Part shown: one piece after another, positions 38,749 through 50,989 of the stretch | Layout of the letters: each line of letters starts with the position of its first letter | Numbering within the stretch: the first letter of the stretch is position 1 | DNA from: Vicugna vicugna | Taxonomy: Eukaryota | NCBI GenBank assembly: GCA_013265495.1 | Contig: MU057783.1 | Span: 1-53,595, forward strand | Length of the DNA stretch: 53,595 nt | Direction of reading: 5' to 3' | Made by a program: the position numbers and the translations under genes | The notes under the pieces: generated by a model | What the model saw: only the letters and a program-made list of their open reading frames with translations | What the model was told of the DNA's origin: nothing | Database searches by the model: none

Positions 38749-40384
38749 GTGTCAGTTCTAGGAAAAACCAAGCTCCTCCTAAGCCCTCCATCCCTAGGCC
38801 CTCTCCAGTGTCCTCCCCAGCAGGGGCACCCTCCACCCTGGACCACACAGGGCACTCTCCACGAGTCCCCGCCCCACAAGCCTCCAGGCCTCTACCCGGG
38901 CTGCTCCTACCACCTGAGTCACCCTCTTGATTCCTTCTCCTGGCTGACTCTTACTCTGTCCTCAGAACTGAATGTAGAGCCCATTTCTTCCAGGAAGTCC
39001 TCTCTGATGATTTCCTTTAGCTCTTGGCTGGGCTCCCTCTACAGCAGCACTGCATGGTGACCAACTGGTGTTTGTCCACCCGCTCTTTTGAGACCATGAC
39101 CTCTTGGAGGCCATGTGGGAAAAAGGAGTGAGAATGACAAGAGAGGTGGGAAGAGCAAAAAGAAAAATCACAGCCCAAGTCCCAAATTCAAGGATTCTGT
39201 CTCAGAAAAAAAAAGAATAAAATGTTTCATACGTGTGTCATTGACTATGATTTTTGTGGCTCATGAAAAGCAAGAGCTTGGTGTTCTAATCCAAAAACCA
39301 ACTTATATGCAAAGAAATGTATATATTCATATCCAAAGGAAACCAGAGTTGCTCAACAACAGTTTGCAGTTAAAATCCAAATGAACTTTGGTAAAGGCAA
39401 TCTCTTTTTTTTCTTTTTTTTTTTTTTCAGAAATCCCTGACTCCCTAAAAGGTCTTGTTTCTACCGAGACACAAATGGCTTATGTGTATAATGTTTCACA
39501 AAAGCCATAAAATATTATCACCCCAACTTGACACATTAAGAATCTGAGGGAAAGAAGTTTATCACATTGTGTAAGATTAGAGAGAGGCCACATCAGAGGC
39601 CGTATTTAAACCCAAGCCTCTGCTCCAGTGCTCCCACTAGAAAGTGCGACATATTGGCCTTCTCCTGCCCTCTCCCTGCAATAAAGCTCTGAAGTCTTTT
39701 CTGTGCTACCTGGAATCAAAATCACATCAACTTTCCACAAAGAGCTATGTCACCCCCTTGGAGTATGTTTCAAAATCTGAAGGGTTGGGATAGGAGGAGA
39801 GATTTGGGTTTTCTGTTTCTCAAAAGGAGACATGGGTTTAAAAGAAACTGAATAGCACTTATCTAGTCTAAGCCGTCATTGTGCAGAGAAGGAAACGGAG
39901 GCTCAGGAGAGATGAGGAAAGGGCCTTATTAACAAATATTGCCTCAGTGCAGCACCAAGCCAGCCCTGGGCACTGCTCGGGGAGGATCTGGGAGGCTCAG
40001 GAGAATGAGTGTTAGAAAAAGGAAAGAGAAGAAGCAGACAAGGCCCTGTCTCTATACCACCATACCATGAAGTTCCACCAAATTATCCAGTATGTGTGCA
40101 GCCAACATTAAGGTGGGATAAACAGGTTATAGAAACCTGGAAGTCTCAACCATAGTGGAAATTCCAACATTTACTATGGTTTTTCCCAGTTCAAGCATCA
40201 GCTCAGTGGGCACTCTGTGCCAGGCACTACACAAGGCCTGGAGTTCTCCCAAATACAGATCTCTATTACCACGTGTGCAAACCACATACAGGCCCACCAG
40301 AAGAAAAACGCCCACAGATAAGATGGAATTAATGAAACCGAAGGCAGCCAACCAGCATATATTACTAATAAAAAATGTGCTGCT

Positions 40385-40725
40385 AGAAATAGACTCATGG
40401 ACATAGAAAGCAAACTGTGGTTAGCAGGCAGGAAAGGAGGCAAGGATAGAGTAGGAGTTTGGGATTAACAGATACACATTTAAAATATAAAATAAATGGC
40501 AAGGACCAACTATATAGCACAGGAAACTACATTCAATTTCTTGCAAAGAGTTGTACTAAAAACAATCTGAAAAATATATATGTACATATGCATATGTATG
40601 ACTGAATCACTGCTGTACACCTAAAACTGACATTGTAAATTGACTACACTTCAATAAAAAATAAGAATTTGAATAATAAATAAATAAAAATAAAAGCAAT
40701 GCCATAAAAAAAATAAATAAAAGAA
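40385..40725 (+). mobile_element. 5'-truncated L1 3' end (artiodactyl-type) with A-rich tail
   Basis: aaatagactcatggacatagaaagcaaact...gagtttgggattaacagatacac...tatatagcacagg...tatgactgaatcact...cttcaataaaaa. Confidence 0.85.
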
Positions 40726-41599
40726 TCCTGTAATTCCCTTAGCTGTAGGTGGTGGAGAACACTGGTTGCAAGAACCAAGTCCACTGGATCACTCCAGCAC
40801 TGGCTGTCACCCTTTCTAACCATCAGGGAGTCACTTGGCTTCACTGAGGTTACTTTTCTCTTCTGTGAAAGGCTACAGTTGCATCTAACGATGTATAGAA
40901 TCTCATCATTCACAGACCCAACAATTAGTGAGGACTTCCCAGGCCAAGCTATGGACAGATGAAAAGATAGGGTCCCAGATACATTCATGGGTAGAAAGTT
41001 TATGCCATAAAGACATTAATTCTTCCTGTTTTGATAGACAGATTCAATGCAATTCTGATTAGAATTCTTACCAGATGTTTTATGGAATGTAACAAGTTAA
41101 TTTAGGGTCAGGAACAGCCAAGAAACTTCTTTAGAACCACTACTGGGTAGGGGTGGATAGGTCATTCATTTCCACTGTTATTTCTGAAGTGATGAAAACA
41201 TTCAGGAATCATAATGGTTGCACTATGGTGAACATACTAAAACTGCTGTATTGTACCATTTAAATGGGTGGACTTCACAGTGTGTGAACAATATTGCAAT
41301 AAAGCTGTTCTAAGAAAAAATATTTCTTGATAAATATTTTTCCCTCCATACTAGTAGTCTGCCCCACAATTTAAGAAAAACAAAAACCAAAACCAAACAA
41401 AAATTTGCCAGGAGATCTTCAGGACTGCAATGTTCCTGGGTTTCCAATGCCTCTGGTGGAGCTGTTCCTGTTAACACACACTAGTTGAGCTGGACTAGTT
41501 AAGGACTATATCTTTTTAAGATCGACGGTCACATGTTTCACCCTGGGAGGGGGGAGGATGGAAGATGTCACAGCCTCATGCTCTCAGCTCATTTTTTTT

Positions 41600-41910
41600 T
41601 TTTTTTGGAGTAGAGAAAATTTTTATCGCAGAGCCAAGCAAGGAGAACAGTGGCTTGTACTCAAAAACCCTAAACTTTCTGATAGTTTTTGGGGTGAATA
41701 TTTTTTCTTTCTTTGTTTTTTTTTTTTTACAAGGTGAAGTTTGTAATGGGCAAAATGAGGCTTGAGGGCTTCCAGGTGTGTGACTTTCTTCTGACTAGGT
41801 GGAGGTAGGTAATAGGGCCGTGTTCCAGAAATCTCATGCTCAGCCTGAGGTTACCATCCTCCACCTGGGTGGGGGCCTTACCTCCTGCAGAAGAACTCAG
41901 ATACATTAAT
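41600..41910. mobile_element. Probable ERV LTR fragment
   Basis: gccaagcaaggagaac...ctcaaaaaccc...ctcagcctgaggttaccatcctccacctgggtgggggcctta resembles eutherian ERV1 LTR text; termini not resolved. Confidence 0.55.
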
Positions 41911-42089
41911 TATAGCCCTGCCCCCACTCTTCAGCTCATTTTTAAGTGAATCAAGCCCTGCTTTCAACACTGTGATCCCTCTCGCTATAAAAACATGTGA
42001 CATCAACAAGCACCCCCATCCTAACACCAGAAAAAGTGTTAAAGGTATTTACCTGGGGCAGAAAGACTGAGGGAGGAGAAAGAAACAAG

Positions 42090-42870
42090 CTCAGCGCTGG
42101 CGCTCTATTTTCCCAAGGCTCTGCCAAGAGAAGCTGGGCTTTACAGCCGGAGGCTCTCAGCCCGGGGAACAGCGCCCACGCCATTGAGTTGGACCTCGGG
42201 GAGCGGGAAAGGGAGAGGAGGGCAGCCCCAGGGTCCCGCAGCAGGGAAGGCGGCGGGGGAGAGGGCTGCAGCCCCGCTTGGAGGCCAGTCCCAGCCACTG
42301 CCCCTGCCCCCACCCGGCTCCGCAGACCCCGCCGACCCGGGACACAGCCCGCCGAGGGGTAGGGTGGGATCTGCGACAGAGGAGAGGAAGCCCGCGAGGA
42401 GAGGGCTGGCGGCGGGAGAAGGGAAGGGAACGCCGGCCAGGGACCTAGGGGAGCCCGGCTGGGGAGAGAGGCGGCAGGTGCGGGCCGCGGCAGGGACGGG
42501 GGTGGCCGGGCCCCCAGCAGGCGAGCGCCCGGCCCTGGACAGGTGTGGCAGGGGCTCCGGGGCAGGTGGCGCAGGCATAGGGGGCTGGCGGGAGCCCCTG
42601 AGCTGGACACGCGCTGACTCGCGCCCTCGTGGGCTGTGACACACAGACCCCCTTCTCCCGAGCCCCCCACCTTGCACTTACACAGCTGGAGGCCCCGGCC
42701 TGGGGCAGGAGCCAACGGCCCAGCGGGCGGCGGAGCCCAACAGACTCTGGGGCCGATCCCCAGATTGGAGCCGGAGCTTCGGACCCGCGGTCCAGCCGGC
42801 ACAGACCCTGTGCTTGAGCAGGAGGGCCAGAGCCACTCTGGGTTCTGCGAGAGACGCTGGGGAGTCGAGG
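42090..42870. promoter_or_regulatory. CpG island / probable promoter and first exon(s) of a minus-strand transcript
   Basis: The only extended GC- and CpG-rich tract in the window, with a GC box (gggcgg ~42725) and a consensus minus-strand donor TGT|gtaagt at 42682. Confidence 0.85.
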
Positions 42871-43506
42871 GAGGGAGAAGATGGTAGGGGGGATGAAAGG
42901 AGGGGAAAAGTGAAGGGAGAGAGATTGATGGAAGGAGGAGCAGGGAGGAGGGAGGGGTCCGGAGGGAGAAGGGGAAGAGGAGTAGCAGAGATGGAGAGAA
43001 AAAGCTTTACCTTCAGGGGCACCACGAAGGAGGCGCCAGTCCTGCCTATGTGCCCCTCTCTAGCCCCTCAAGGCCCGCAGCTCAAATTTCACCTCCCTGC
43101 TCCAGCCCTCCAGCCTAGGCCCCTGCAGAACCCCTAAGGGAATCACACCCATTGCTCCCATGAGGAACTGGGTTTCCTGTCGCTCCTGGAACCAAGCACC
43201 CACAGGCGTTGTTGCTTAGAACTACTTTAGGAAGAGTATAAATTCCTCTTTTACAGGCTGGGAAACTGAGGCAGGCACGATCTCTGCCTTAGCTGCACTG
43301 TCCCAGCTGTTGGGCTGGCGAGGAGAGGGAGGTACAATGTCAGGGCCCCAGATGGAGTAGACTGCCTGAGTGTTGGTGCATAGTCCCCATCCCTCCTGGG
43401 TAAACCACTCCCCACCCTAGGAGAACCATCAAGGGCTCACAGTAGGTCCCTGGATGTGGGAGATCTGTCCTCAGCACCAGTGACCAGCTTGCTAGGTAGA
43501 TAACAG

Positions 43507-44001
43507 TGTTACCGAGTTCAAACTCATTCTCCTCAGTGCAGGACAGGCCAATAAATCAGGAGACCAGGGGTTGGGCATGGAATAGCAAGTTTCTCTAAAC
43601 CTAGATGGCAAACTAATGTCCGGAAAGCCATCTCCCCAAGTAAGAATTCAGGCTCCTTTCCTCCTTGCTTGGTTGTTGCAAATTTCTTGGTGTAGGAATT
43701 CTTTGCTGTTAGAATCCTTTGTTCTTGCAGCTATCTGCCTGGGTCAGATCCCTGTAAATCTCCAATGAAACAAATGTTATTTTCTATTCTGCAACTTGTT
43801 ATCTTTATGTGAATGGAAAAGTGTAAATATCCTTAAAGGCCAGAGCCTTCAGAATAGGCTCCCCTGTATATTTCAGGCTGTAGGCCACATTGTTTTACGA
43901 AAGGTGCAGAACCAACAAGACTAATCCTAGGAAACAGGGCACAGGGTTAAAGTCAAAGGAACAGATCTAATATGGAGTCAGATTTGTTCTTTTCTATTAC
44001 C
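43507..44001 (-). mobile_element. ERV1-class solo LTR, same family as 2118-2650
   Basis: tgttaccgagttcaaactc...gaaacagggcacagggttaaag...ttctattac aligns with 2118-2650. Confidence 0.88.
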
Positions 44002-44658
44002 CGGGAAGAAGCCACTTGAGGATTTAAATCACTTTAGGTTAAAAATAAGTAAAACTTTAAAGGAATTTACATACATAGGTGGGAATGTGCATAGCATATT
44101 TGGAAAAACACACAAAGGATTGTAAACAGTGACATCTCCAGGGAGGGCTGAAAGAACAGAGGATGAGGGAAAACTTATACTTGTGTATTTTTGTGCTGTT
44201 TGAATTTTTTTGTACTATATGCATATATTTCTTTTTCAATTAAAAGAAGGTGTAATGGAGGGAAGGAGTAACTAGCTCAGCAAATATAGCAGCCATGGAA
44301 ACACTTAGCCGTCACTTTTGCTTTAAGCCAGGAAGCTTTTATTGACTCTTTCCTATGTGCCCAGTGCTGTTTTATGACTACATTTCTTATGTATACTGTT
44401 TATAAAATAATAACATGCTATCCCTCACCCTTGCCCAGGGGCGCTGGTGGAAAACCAACTAAGTTTTTATTGAATCATTTTCCAAGGAGTAGAAAGGAGT
44501 TATAAACAGAACACATCTTCAGGGCAAACCAGGTGGAAAGGGTTTCCAGCAGGCCAGACAGCTAGGAAGGGTTTTCAACAGAGGTGCCCAGAGGCTGAGA
44601 GAGAAAGACTCCAGGTCCCCACAAAAAGCTGCCCAAAGTAGTTTCTCCATGGCACTAT

Positions 44659-45185
44659 TGTAATAAGAAAGAAAAAATCTGACTCCATATTACGTCTGTT
44701 CCTTTGACTTTAAGCCTGCGCCCTGTTTCCTAGGCTTAGTCTAGCTGGTTCTGCACCTTTTATGAAACAATTGCCTAGAGCCTGAAATAGACAGGAGAGC
44801 CTAATCTCAAGGCTCTGACCTTAAGAATATTAACACTTTTCCATTCATATAAAGACAACAAGTTGCAAAATAGAAAATAACATTTATTGTGTTGGAGATT
44901 TACAGGAATGTGACCCAGATGGATAGCTGCAAGAACAAACAATTTTAACAACAAAGAATTCCTACACCAAGAAGTTTGTAACAACTGAGCATAACCACTT
45001 CCCCCTTTTAATATAAAAGAAGCCTGAATTCTGACTTGGGGAAGATGGTTCTCCGGGACAATTAGTCAGCCATCTACTCAGTCTGCTGGCTTTCCAATTA
45101 AAGTCGCTATTTCTTGCCCCAAAACCTGGTCTCCTGATTTATTGGCCTGCCTGCAGTCAGCAGAATGAGTTTGGACTCAGTGACA
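44659..45185 (+). mobile_element. ERV1-class solo LTR, same family as 15050-15585
   Basis: tgtaataag...ctgactccat...tataaaagaagcctgaattctgacttgggg...gagtttggactcagtgaca. Confidence 0.88.
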
Positions 45186-45919
45186 TAAACATACATTGAA
45201 GGTATCCATTTGGTATATTAAATGACCTACTTCCACTGGTCTTTCTTCCTGACTTTTTCTTCTCTTGACCACTCCTGCTATGTTTATGAAAAATCTGTCA
45301 GTCTTCTCATAGGGACACATTTCCATCTCTAGCCACTACCCTTCCACGTAAGAACTGATGTCACAAAGGCAACTGAAATTGTTAAGAGATATTACACGGT
45401 CAGAGAAGAGCAGAAGTGGGTACTGGCTGATGTTCAAGAGCCAGCTGTGACACACGACAAGATGTCGTGAGCATGGATAGACAGCTGGGCACCAAAGGAG
45501 ACGCTTCTAAGCCTCCATGAGGGACTTGGTAGATAGAAAGAAAAAGTCCCAGACTGTAGATGTGATCCCACTACAAGCATCCTGGGCGAGGCTGGGCAAG
45601 TCATTTAACTTCTCTAGACCTGTGCTGTCTTACATGGGAGCCACCAGCCACATGCAGAATTATGAAGGTATTCTGTAGCCAGGCAGAATTATAAATAAAA
45701 ATTTTACTGCAAAGGCTTAGCATATATGCTGTTTAGAAACATTAGTGGTCTTCTTGTCCTAACAGGTTATTTTTCTACGTCTAGCTTTCTGTGGTTTGTA
45801 ACACCCATGACTAATGATTCCCTTATAGTGACATATTTTGAAGTTATAATTTACTGGACACAGTATCATCATATCACAGTTTTAAAAAAAAATGATACGC
45901 ATAAGCCAGGCCATCTGAT

Positions 45920-46135
45920 TTAGTAGTTATGAGCAGGGTCTCTGGGGCCAGCCTGCCTGAGTACAAATTCTCACTCTGCCTCCGGGGGGTTCTTTGTGAA
46001 TCTTGGACAAATAATAATGATTATGATTATGATTATGATTTACTTATTTGTGCTTCTTTTTCCTTACCTCTTAAATGGTGAGGAATATGTAAACTATCTC
46101 CTACTGTGCTGGAAGGATTAAGTGAGTTAACGTCT
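45920..46135 (+). mobile_element. MIR SINE interrupted by an (ATTATG)n run
   Basis: tagtagttatgagcagggtctctggggccagcctgcctgagtacaaattc...aggattaagtgagttaa. Confidence 0.7.
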
Positions 46136-46204
46136 GTGCTGCCCACTTCCCTGTGTTTCAGCATTCTCCAGGCAATCAGTTCCAAAGTCTGAGGCATTCT
46201 CCAC

Positions 46205-46563
46205 TGCCTTAGTCAGTCTGGGATGCTGTAACAAATTACCATGGGTCAGGTGGCTTAAAAAACCAGCATATTCCTCAAGCTTTGGAGGCTGAGACATTCA
46301 AGATCAAGATATCTGGGAGAGGATTGGCTTCATGGCTTGAAGATGGCTGTCTTCCCACTATCTTCATGGGGCAAAGAGCAGAGAGGCAAGCTCTCTTGGG
46401 CCCCTTATAAGTGCCCTAATCCCATTCATGAGAGCTCTACTCTCATGACCTCATTTTATCCTAATAATCACCTCCCAAAGGCCCCGCCTCCCAATACTGT
46501 CACACTGGGAGATCGGGTTTCAACCTATGGATTTTGAGGGGATGCAAACATTCAGTCGGCTAA
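46205..46563. mobile_element. MLT1-type (ERVL-MaLR) LTR
   Basis: gctgtaacaaattacca...ggtggcttaaa...ggaggctg...caagatcaag...ctaatcccattcatgagagctc...cacctcccaaaggcccc...aaacattcagtc. Confidence 0.9.
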
Positions 46564-46876
46564 CTCTCCCCAACATGCAGTCATCAAATTTGTAGCTAAT
46601 TTCAAAGTAATGCTTGTATCTCTCTGCCCATTTCCATTCCTACATCCACTAACAGTGAAGCCCTGTGACCTTTTATTCCTTATTTTCCTGGTAGAGGTTT
46701 AATTGATTCCTCTACTCCAATGCTCTTCTCACTCCAAACAGTCTGCTTAACAGCTGTACCAGATATTTCTTCCTTAAAACACCTTCCCACTGCACCTGGT
46801 TGTTTTTTAGGTGTAAATGTCAAAATCCTCTCCACATCCCATCCCAGACCTTTAATTCCTTACACAACCCTTCCCT

Positions 46877-47290
46877 ATGTTACTTTTCTATTACCACTGT
46901 AACAAATTTCCAGAAACTTAATGGCTTAAACAAGCACAGATTTATCAGCTTATGGCTGTGGAGGTCAGAGATCCAACACAGTTCTCATTGGGCTAAATTC
47001 AAGGTAGCAGCAGGGTTCCTTCCTTCTAGAAGGTCTAGAAGAGAATGTTTCCTTGTTTTTTGTTTTTTGTTTTTTTCCAGTTTCCAGAGGTCACCGACCT
47101 TCCTTAGCTTTTGCCCCACCACTTCCTCCATCTTCATGGCCAGCAGCGTCTCGGAACATTTTTCCATGGCTACACCTCCCTCTGACTCTAAACTCAGCTG
47201 GAAAATGTCCTTCTCTTTTAAGGACCCCTGTGATTACATTGGGCCCACCTGGACAATCCAAGCTACTCTCCCTATCACCTCATCTCAGGA
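46877..47290. mobile_element. Second MLT1-type LTR
   Basis: ctgtaacaaatttccagaaacttaatggcttaaacaa...ttttaaggacccctgtgattacattgggcccacctggacaatcca. Confidence 0.88.
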
Positions 47291-47928
47291 TCCCCTTGTC
47301 CCACCCCACTCAGGCATTATGTATGTGTCTGTGACACTCCCCTTGGGTAACATTTCCTCTCGTGGGCAATTAAAGGTTCAAGAACCTTACGAAAGCCTTT
47401 TTGTTTTTCTTTCTTAGTCTTTCCACATTCAGTACATCTGGTGAGATTATATGAATCCTGTTTATTTGTGGCCTGACACTAATCTTTAATAATGTATCAT
47501 GGCCTTAAAAAGCTTATAGACAATTTAGAAGACAAATCCTCTAAGATTTTTTAAGATTTTTGTCCTAAAATGTCTGTCATCCCTTTTGCCCTGTACAGTA
47601 ACATTTCACAGGTGGTTACACCGTGGGGGGGGGGACACATTGTTCTGTCACCACACTTCCCTCATTCACACCAATGTGCTGATCTCCTAACCGAGGATCT
47701 ATGTTCCCAGCTTTGCTTACTTTCTCCTCCTTTCCATTGACTATCCTGTTCCCACCACTTCCTTCATTCAGCACATCAGGAGTTCATGGCCACATTCTTC
47801 TCTAAATGGAATGGATATTGTGCATCTAACGTCTGATAATTGTTTCCATTGTATATGCACACACTCACCTACATGTGTCCCCATCCATCTCTTTATTTTC
47901 CTAGAATCTTCCAGAGGAATCAGTTCCA

Positions 47929-47947
47929 TGATGATGATGATGATGAT
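47929..47947. repeat. (GAT)n short tandem repeat
   Basis: tgatgatgatgatgatgat. Confidence 0.8.
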
Positions 47948-49329
47948 ACTGACAGTGATGACAGGGGCCTCTCAAGGACTCTGATAAAGGAATCAATGAA
48001 GAGAGGGAATCTTTGCAAAATTGCCCCCAGAAACAGGCTTAAAGGTAAATAACTGCTATAGTGCTTAATGAAATTGACATATTTAACTATTATTAAAACT
48101 TTATATCACTGTATTTTAAATTTTAAGGGGAATTTTCATTCACCACTAACCAAGATTTGACTTTAGGACCAAAATCTAAGAGGATTTCTGTCTTCTAATA
48201 AATTGTCCACTAGCCTTCTAAACACGTGATTCTTTAAAAAAAAAAAAAAAAGGGTTAGTGCTGGGCTGCAAATAAGTAGGATTCATATAATCTCACCAGA
48301 CACTGAATGTGGAAAGACTAAGGAAGAAAAACAAAAATCCATTCATAATATCTTGAACCTTACGTTGCTCACAGGAGAAAGGTGAGTGTCACGTCAACAT
48401 GATGCCTGAGTGGGATGGGGAAGCTGATCTTCCTCATCAGACATTTATGCTGATTTGTTAGATGCCAACACAGTTTCCTCATTGGATTTGCTTCTAATAA
48501 GTATGGAACAGTTTAGGCTCTACAAAAAGCAGACTAAACATTTTCCCCTGCTGTCAGGTCTCTGGACTGAATGTCCCCACAAGAAGGACACGCTTATATT
48601 TCATTGGAAACTCTTCCTGAGAAACAATAGGCTTTTCGAGGACAGAGCTTCAGGTCCCCCCATGGAGGGCAGGAGGCGAGCTAGAGGGGACACTGGAAAT
48701 ACAGCAGGATTGAGTTCAGATACTGCTGCTCAGGTCACCAAACACAGCAGTGCTATCTCTAAGGACATGACATCCTCGCAAAAGTTCCATGAGTGAAGGA
48801 CCCTGTGAACACTGAGCAGGTTGTTATGACACAGCAGCACATAATTAGCATCACAAGTCAATTGTAGCATGTTTTGATATTTGGAAAATAATTAGCCCAT
48901 TGCTCTTTGAAAATGCAGCAGCAGCAATAGAAATAATAAAGATTGAGCCGTATTGGAGACAACAATAAACAATTCTAATCCGCAGGGTTCCTTGACAATA
49001 TACAAGCAATGAGCTAGATGTGTGCTGCAGATACCTCTTACTGCAGGGCTCACTCCTGCAAGGCACAGAACTAGTTTTCTCAGCAGACAGAGGGTACCAA
49101 GTCAAGATTCCTGATCTTGAGAGGTTTACTATATGGCAGGGAAGATCAGAAAAGTACATACAGCCAAATATGAATAAATTCAATCAAATATTATGAAGTG
49201 TGAATGGAGCACAGAAGAAAGAGAAATTCCCTTCACCTGGGGTCTAGAGAGATTTCTTCAGAAAATGTGGCTTTGTTGATGAATGAAAAAATGATTGGAA
49301 TTTTGGCAGAACAGGATGTAAGGAAGGAA

Positions 49330-50885
49330 ACTTAAAAACTAATTCTAAAATTCATATAAAAATACCAAGGATCCCAAATACCTAAAACAACTTTGAACAA
49401 GAAAAACAAAGTTGGAAGACTTAAACTATCGGATTTTCAGACTTTTTTATAAAGCTACAGTAATCAGAAAGTATAGTATTGATGTAAAACAGGAAAATAG
49501 GATAATGGAACAGAATAGAATGTTCAGAAGTAAACCAACACTTATATGGACACTTGATTCTCAGTAAGGATGCAGTAGAGGAAGGCTCTTTTCAATAGGC
49601 AGTGCTGGAACAATCAGAAATCCATATGCAAAGGAAAAAAATGAACTTTGATCCATACCTCATAAAATACACAAAAAATAACTCAAAATGGATCATACAT
49701 CTTAATAGAAAATCTTAAACTATAAAACATCTAAGAGAAAAAAGCATAGGCTTAAACTTTGTGACCTTGTGTTTGGCTAATATTTCTTTACTATGACACC
49801 AAAATTATAAGCTATTTAAAAAAGAAAATTATATAGTGAACTTTATCAAAATGAAAACTTTTCTTAAACACTGCTAAGCAAGTGAAAAGACAAGCCATAG
49901 ACAGAAACTATTTGCAAATCATATATCTGACAAATGATGATCAGATACAAAGAGAGACCCAGAACAAAGAACTCTCAAAACTCAGTAATGAAGCCAACAC
50001 CTGAATGAATGAGCGAGCCCAGAAAATACACTTCACTAAAGATATCCAGATGGATAACAAGCATATCAAATGATGCTGAATCCCAATAGTCATTAGTGAA
50101 ATGCTTTTAAAAACCACAATGAGATACTACTACACATACAAACTAGAATGAATACAATTTGAGACTGACCTCACAAAGTGCTGGCAAGGAAGCAGAGCAA
50201 CCAGAATTGAAATACACCATGAGGAATTTATAATAATACAATCATATCAGATAACTGTTTAGCAGTTTTCTTTAAAAAGGTAAACACCTATCTACCATAT
50301 GACTCAGACATCCCTCATCTGGGTGCTTTAGAAAATAAAAGCATATGTTCATACAAAGACTTGTAATCAAATATTCACTGCAATTTTATTTATAATAGCT
50401 CAAGTTGTAAATAACCCATGCATCCATCAAGAAGTAAATGGAGAATCAAATGATGGTCTATGCAAACACTGTTCACAATAAACTAGTCAGCAATAACTCA
50501 GCACTAAACAACACTCTGCCATAAGAATAATAAGCTAATAATGCCCACAGCAACACAGATGACTCTCAAAATAATTATGCTGAATGAAAGAAGTCAGACA
50601 ACATAGAGTAGATACTGCATGAATCCATTCATACAAGGATCTTGAAAATGCAAACCAATATGCTGTGATAGAAAGCAGATCAATGGTTTCCAGAGGAAGA
50701 GATGGGGAGGGAGGGAGGGACAAAATAAAGCAGGGGAAAAACTTTGTAGGCAATGGGTATGTTCACTATCTTGAGTGTGGTCATGGTTTCTTTGGGATAT
50801 ACTTATGTCAAAGTGTACTAAGTTGTACACTTAAATATGGGAAAAATATTTCACCAAGTATACCTCAAAGCTGTTTTAAGAAAAA
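49330..50885 (+). mobile_element. L1M (L1MC-like) ORF2 3' region and 3' UTR
   Basis: ctaattctaaaattcatat; aaagctacagtaatca; aactcaaaatggatcata; tatttgcaaatcatatatctgacaaa; aaccacaatgagatac; attatgctgaatgaaagaagtcagaca. Confidence 0.9.
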
Positions 50886-50989
50886 AGGCACTTGAGTCCT
50901 GACCCACCTCAGTGCCTGATCAGAGTGAGATGATCAATCCCTCACCCTGTCTGCCTGATGGGAAGGGAGAAAAACTCTCATGGAAGATA

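Noticed and set aside
41951..43137. Long overlapping ORFs (up to 283 aa) in the CpG island
   Set aside because: Low-complexity Pro/Gly/Ala/Arg frames on both strands, mostly non-ATG starts; expected from stop-codon depletion in GC-rich DNA.
46800..47417. 205-aa ORF
   Set aside because: Lies over an MLT1 LTR, starts at a non-ATG codon and has no recognisable domain.
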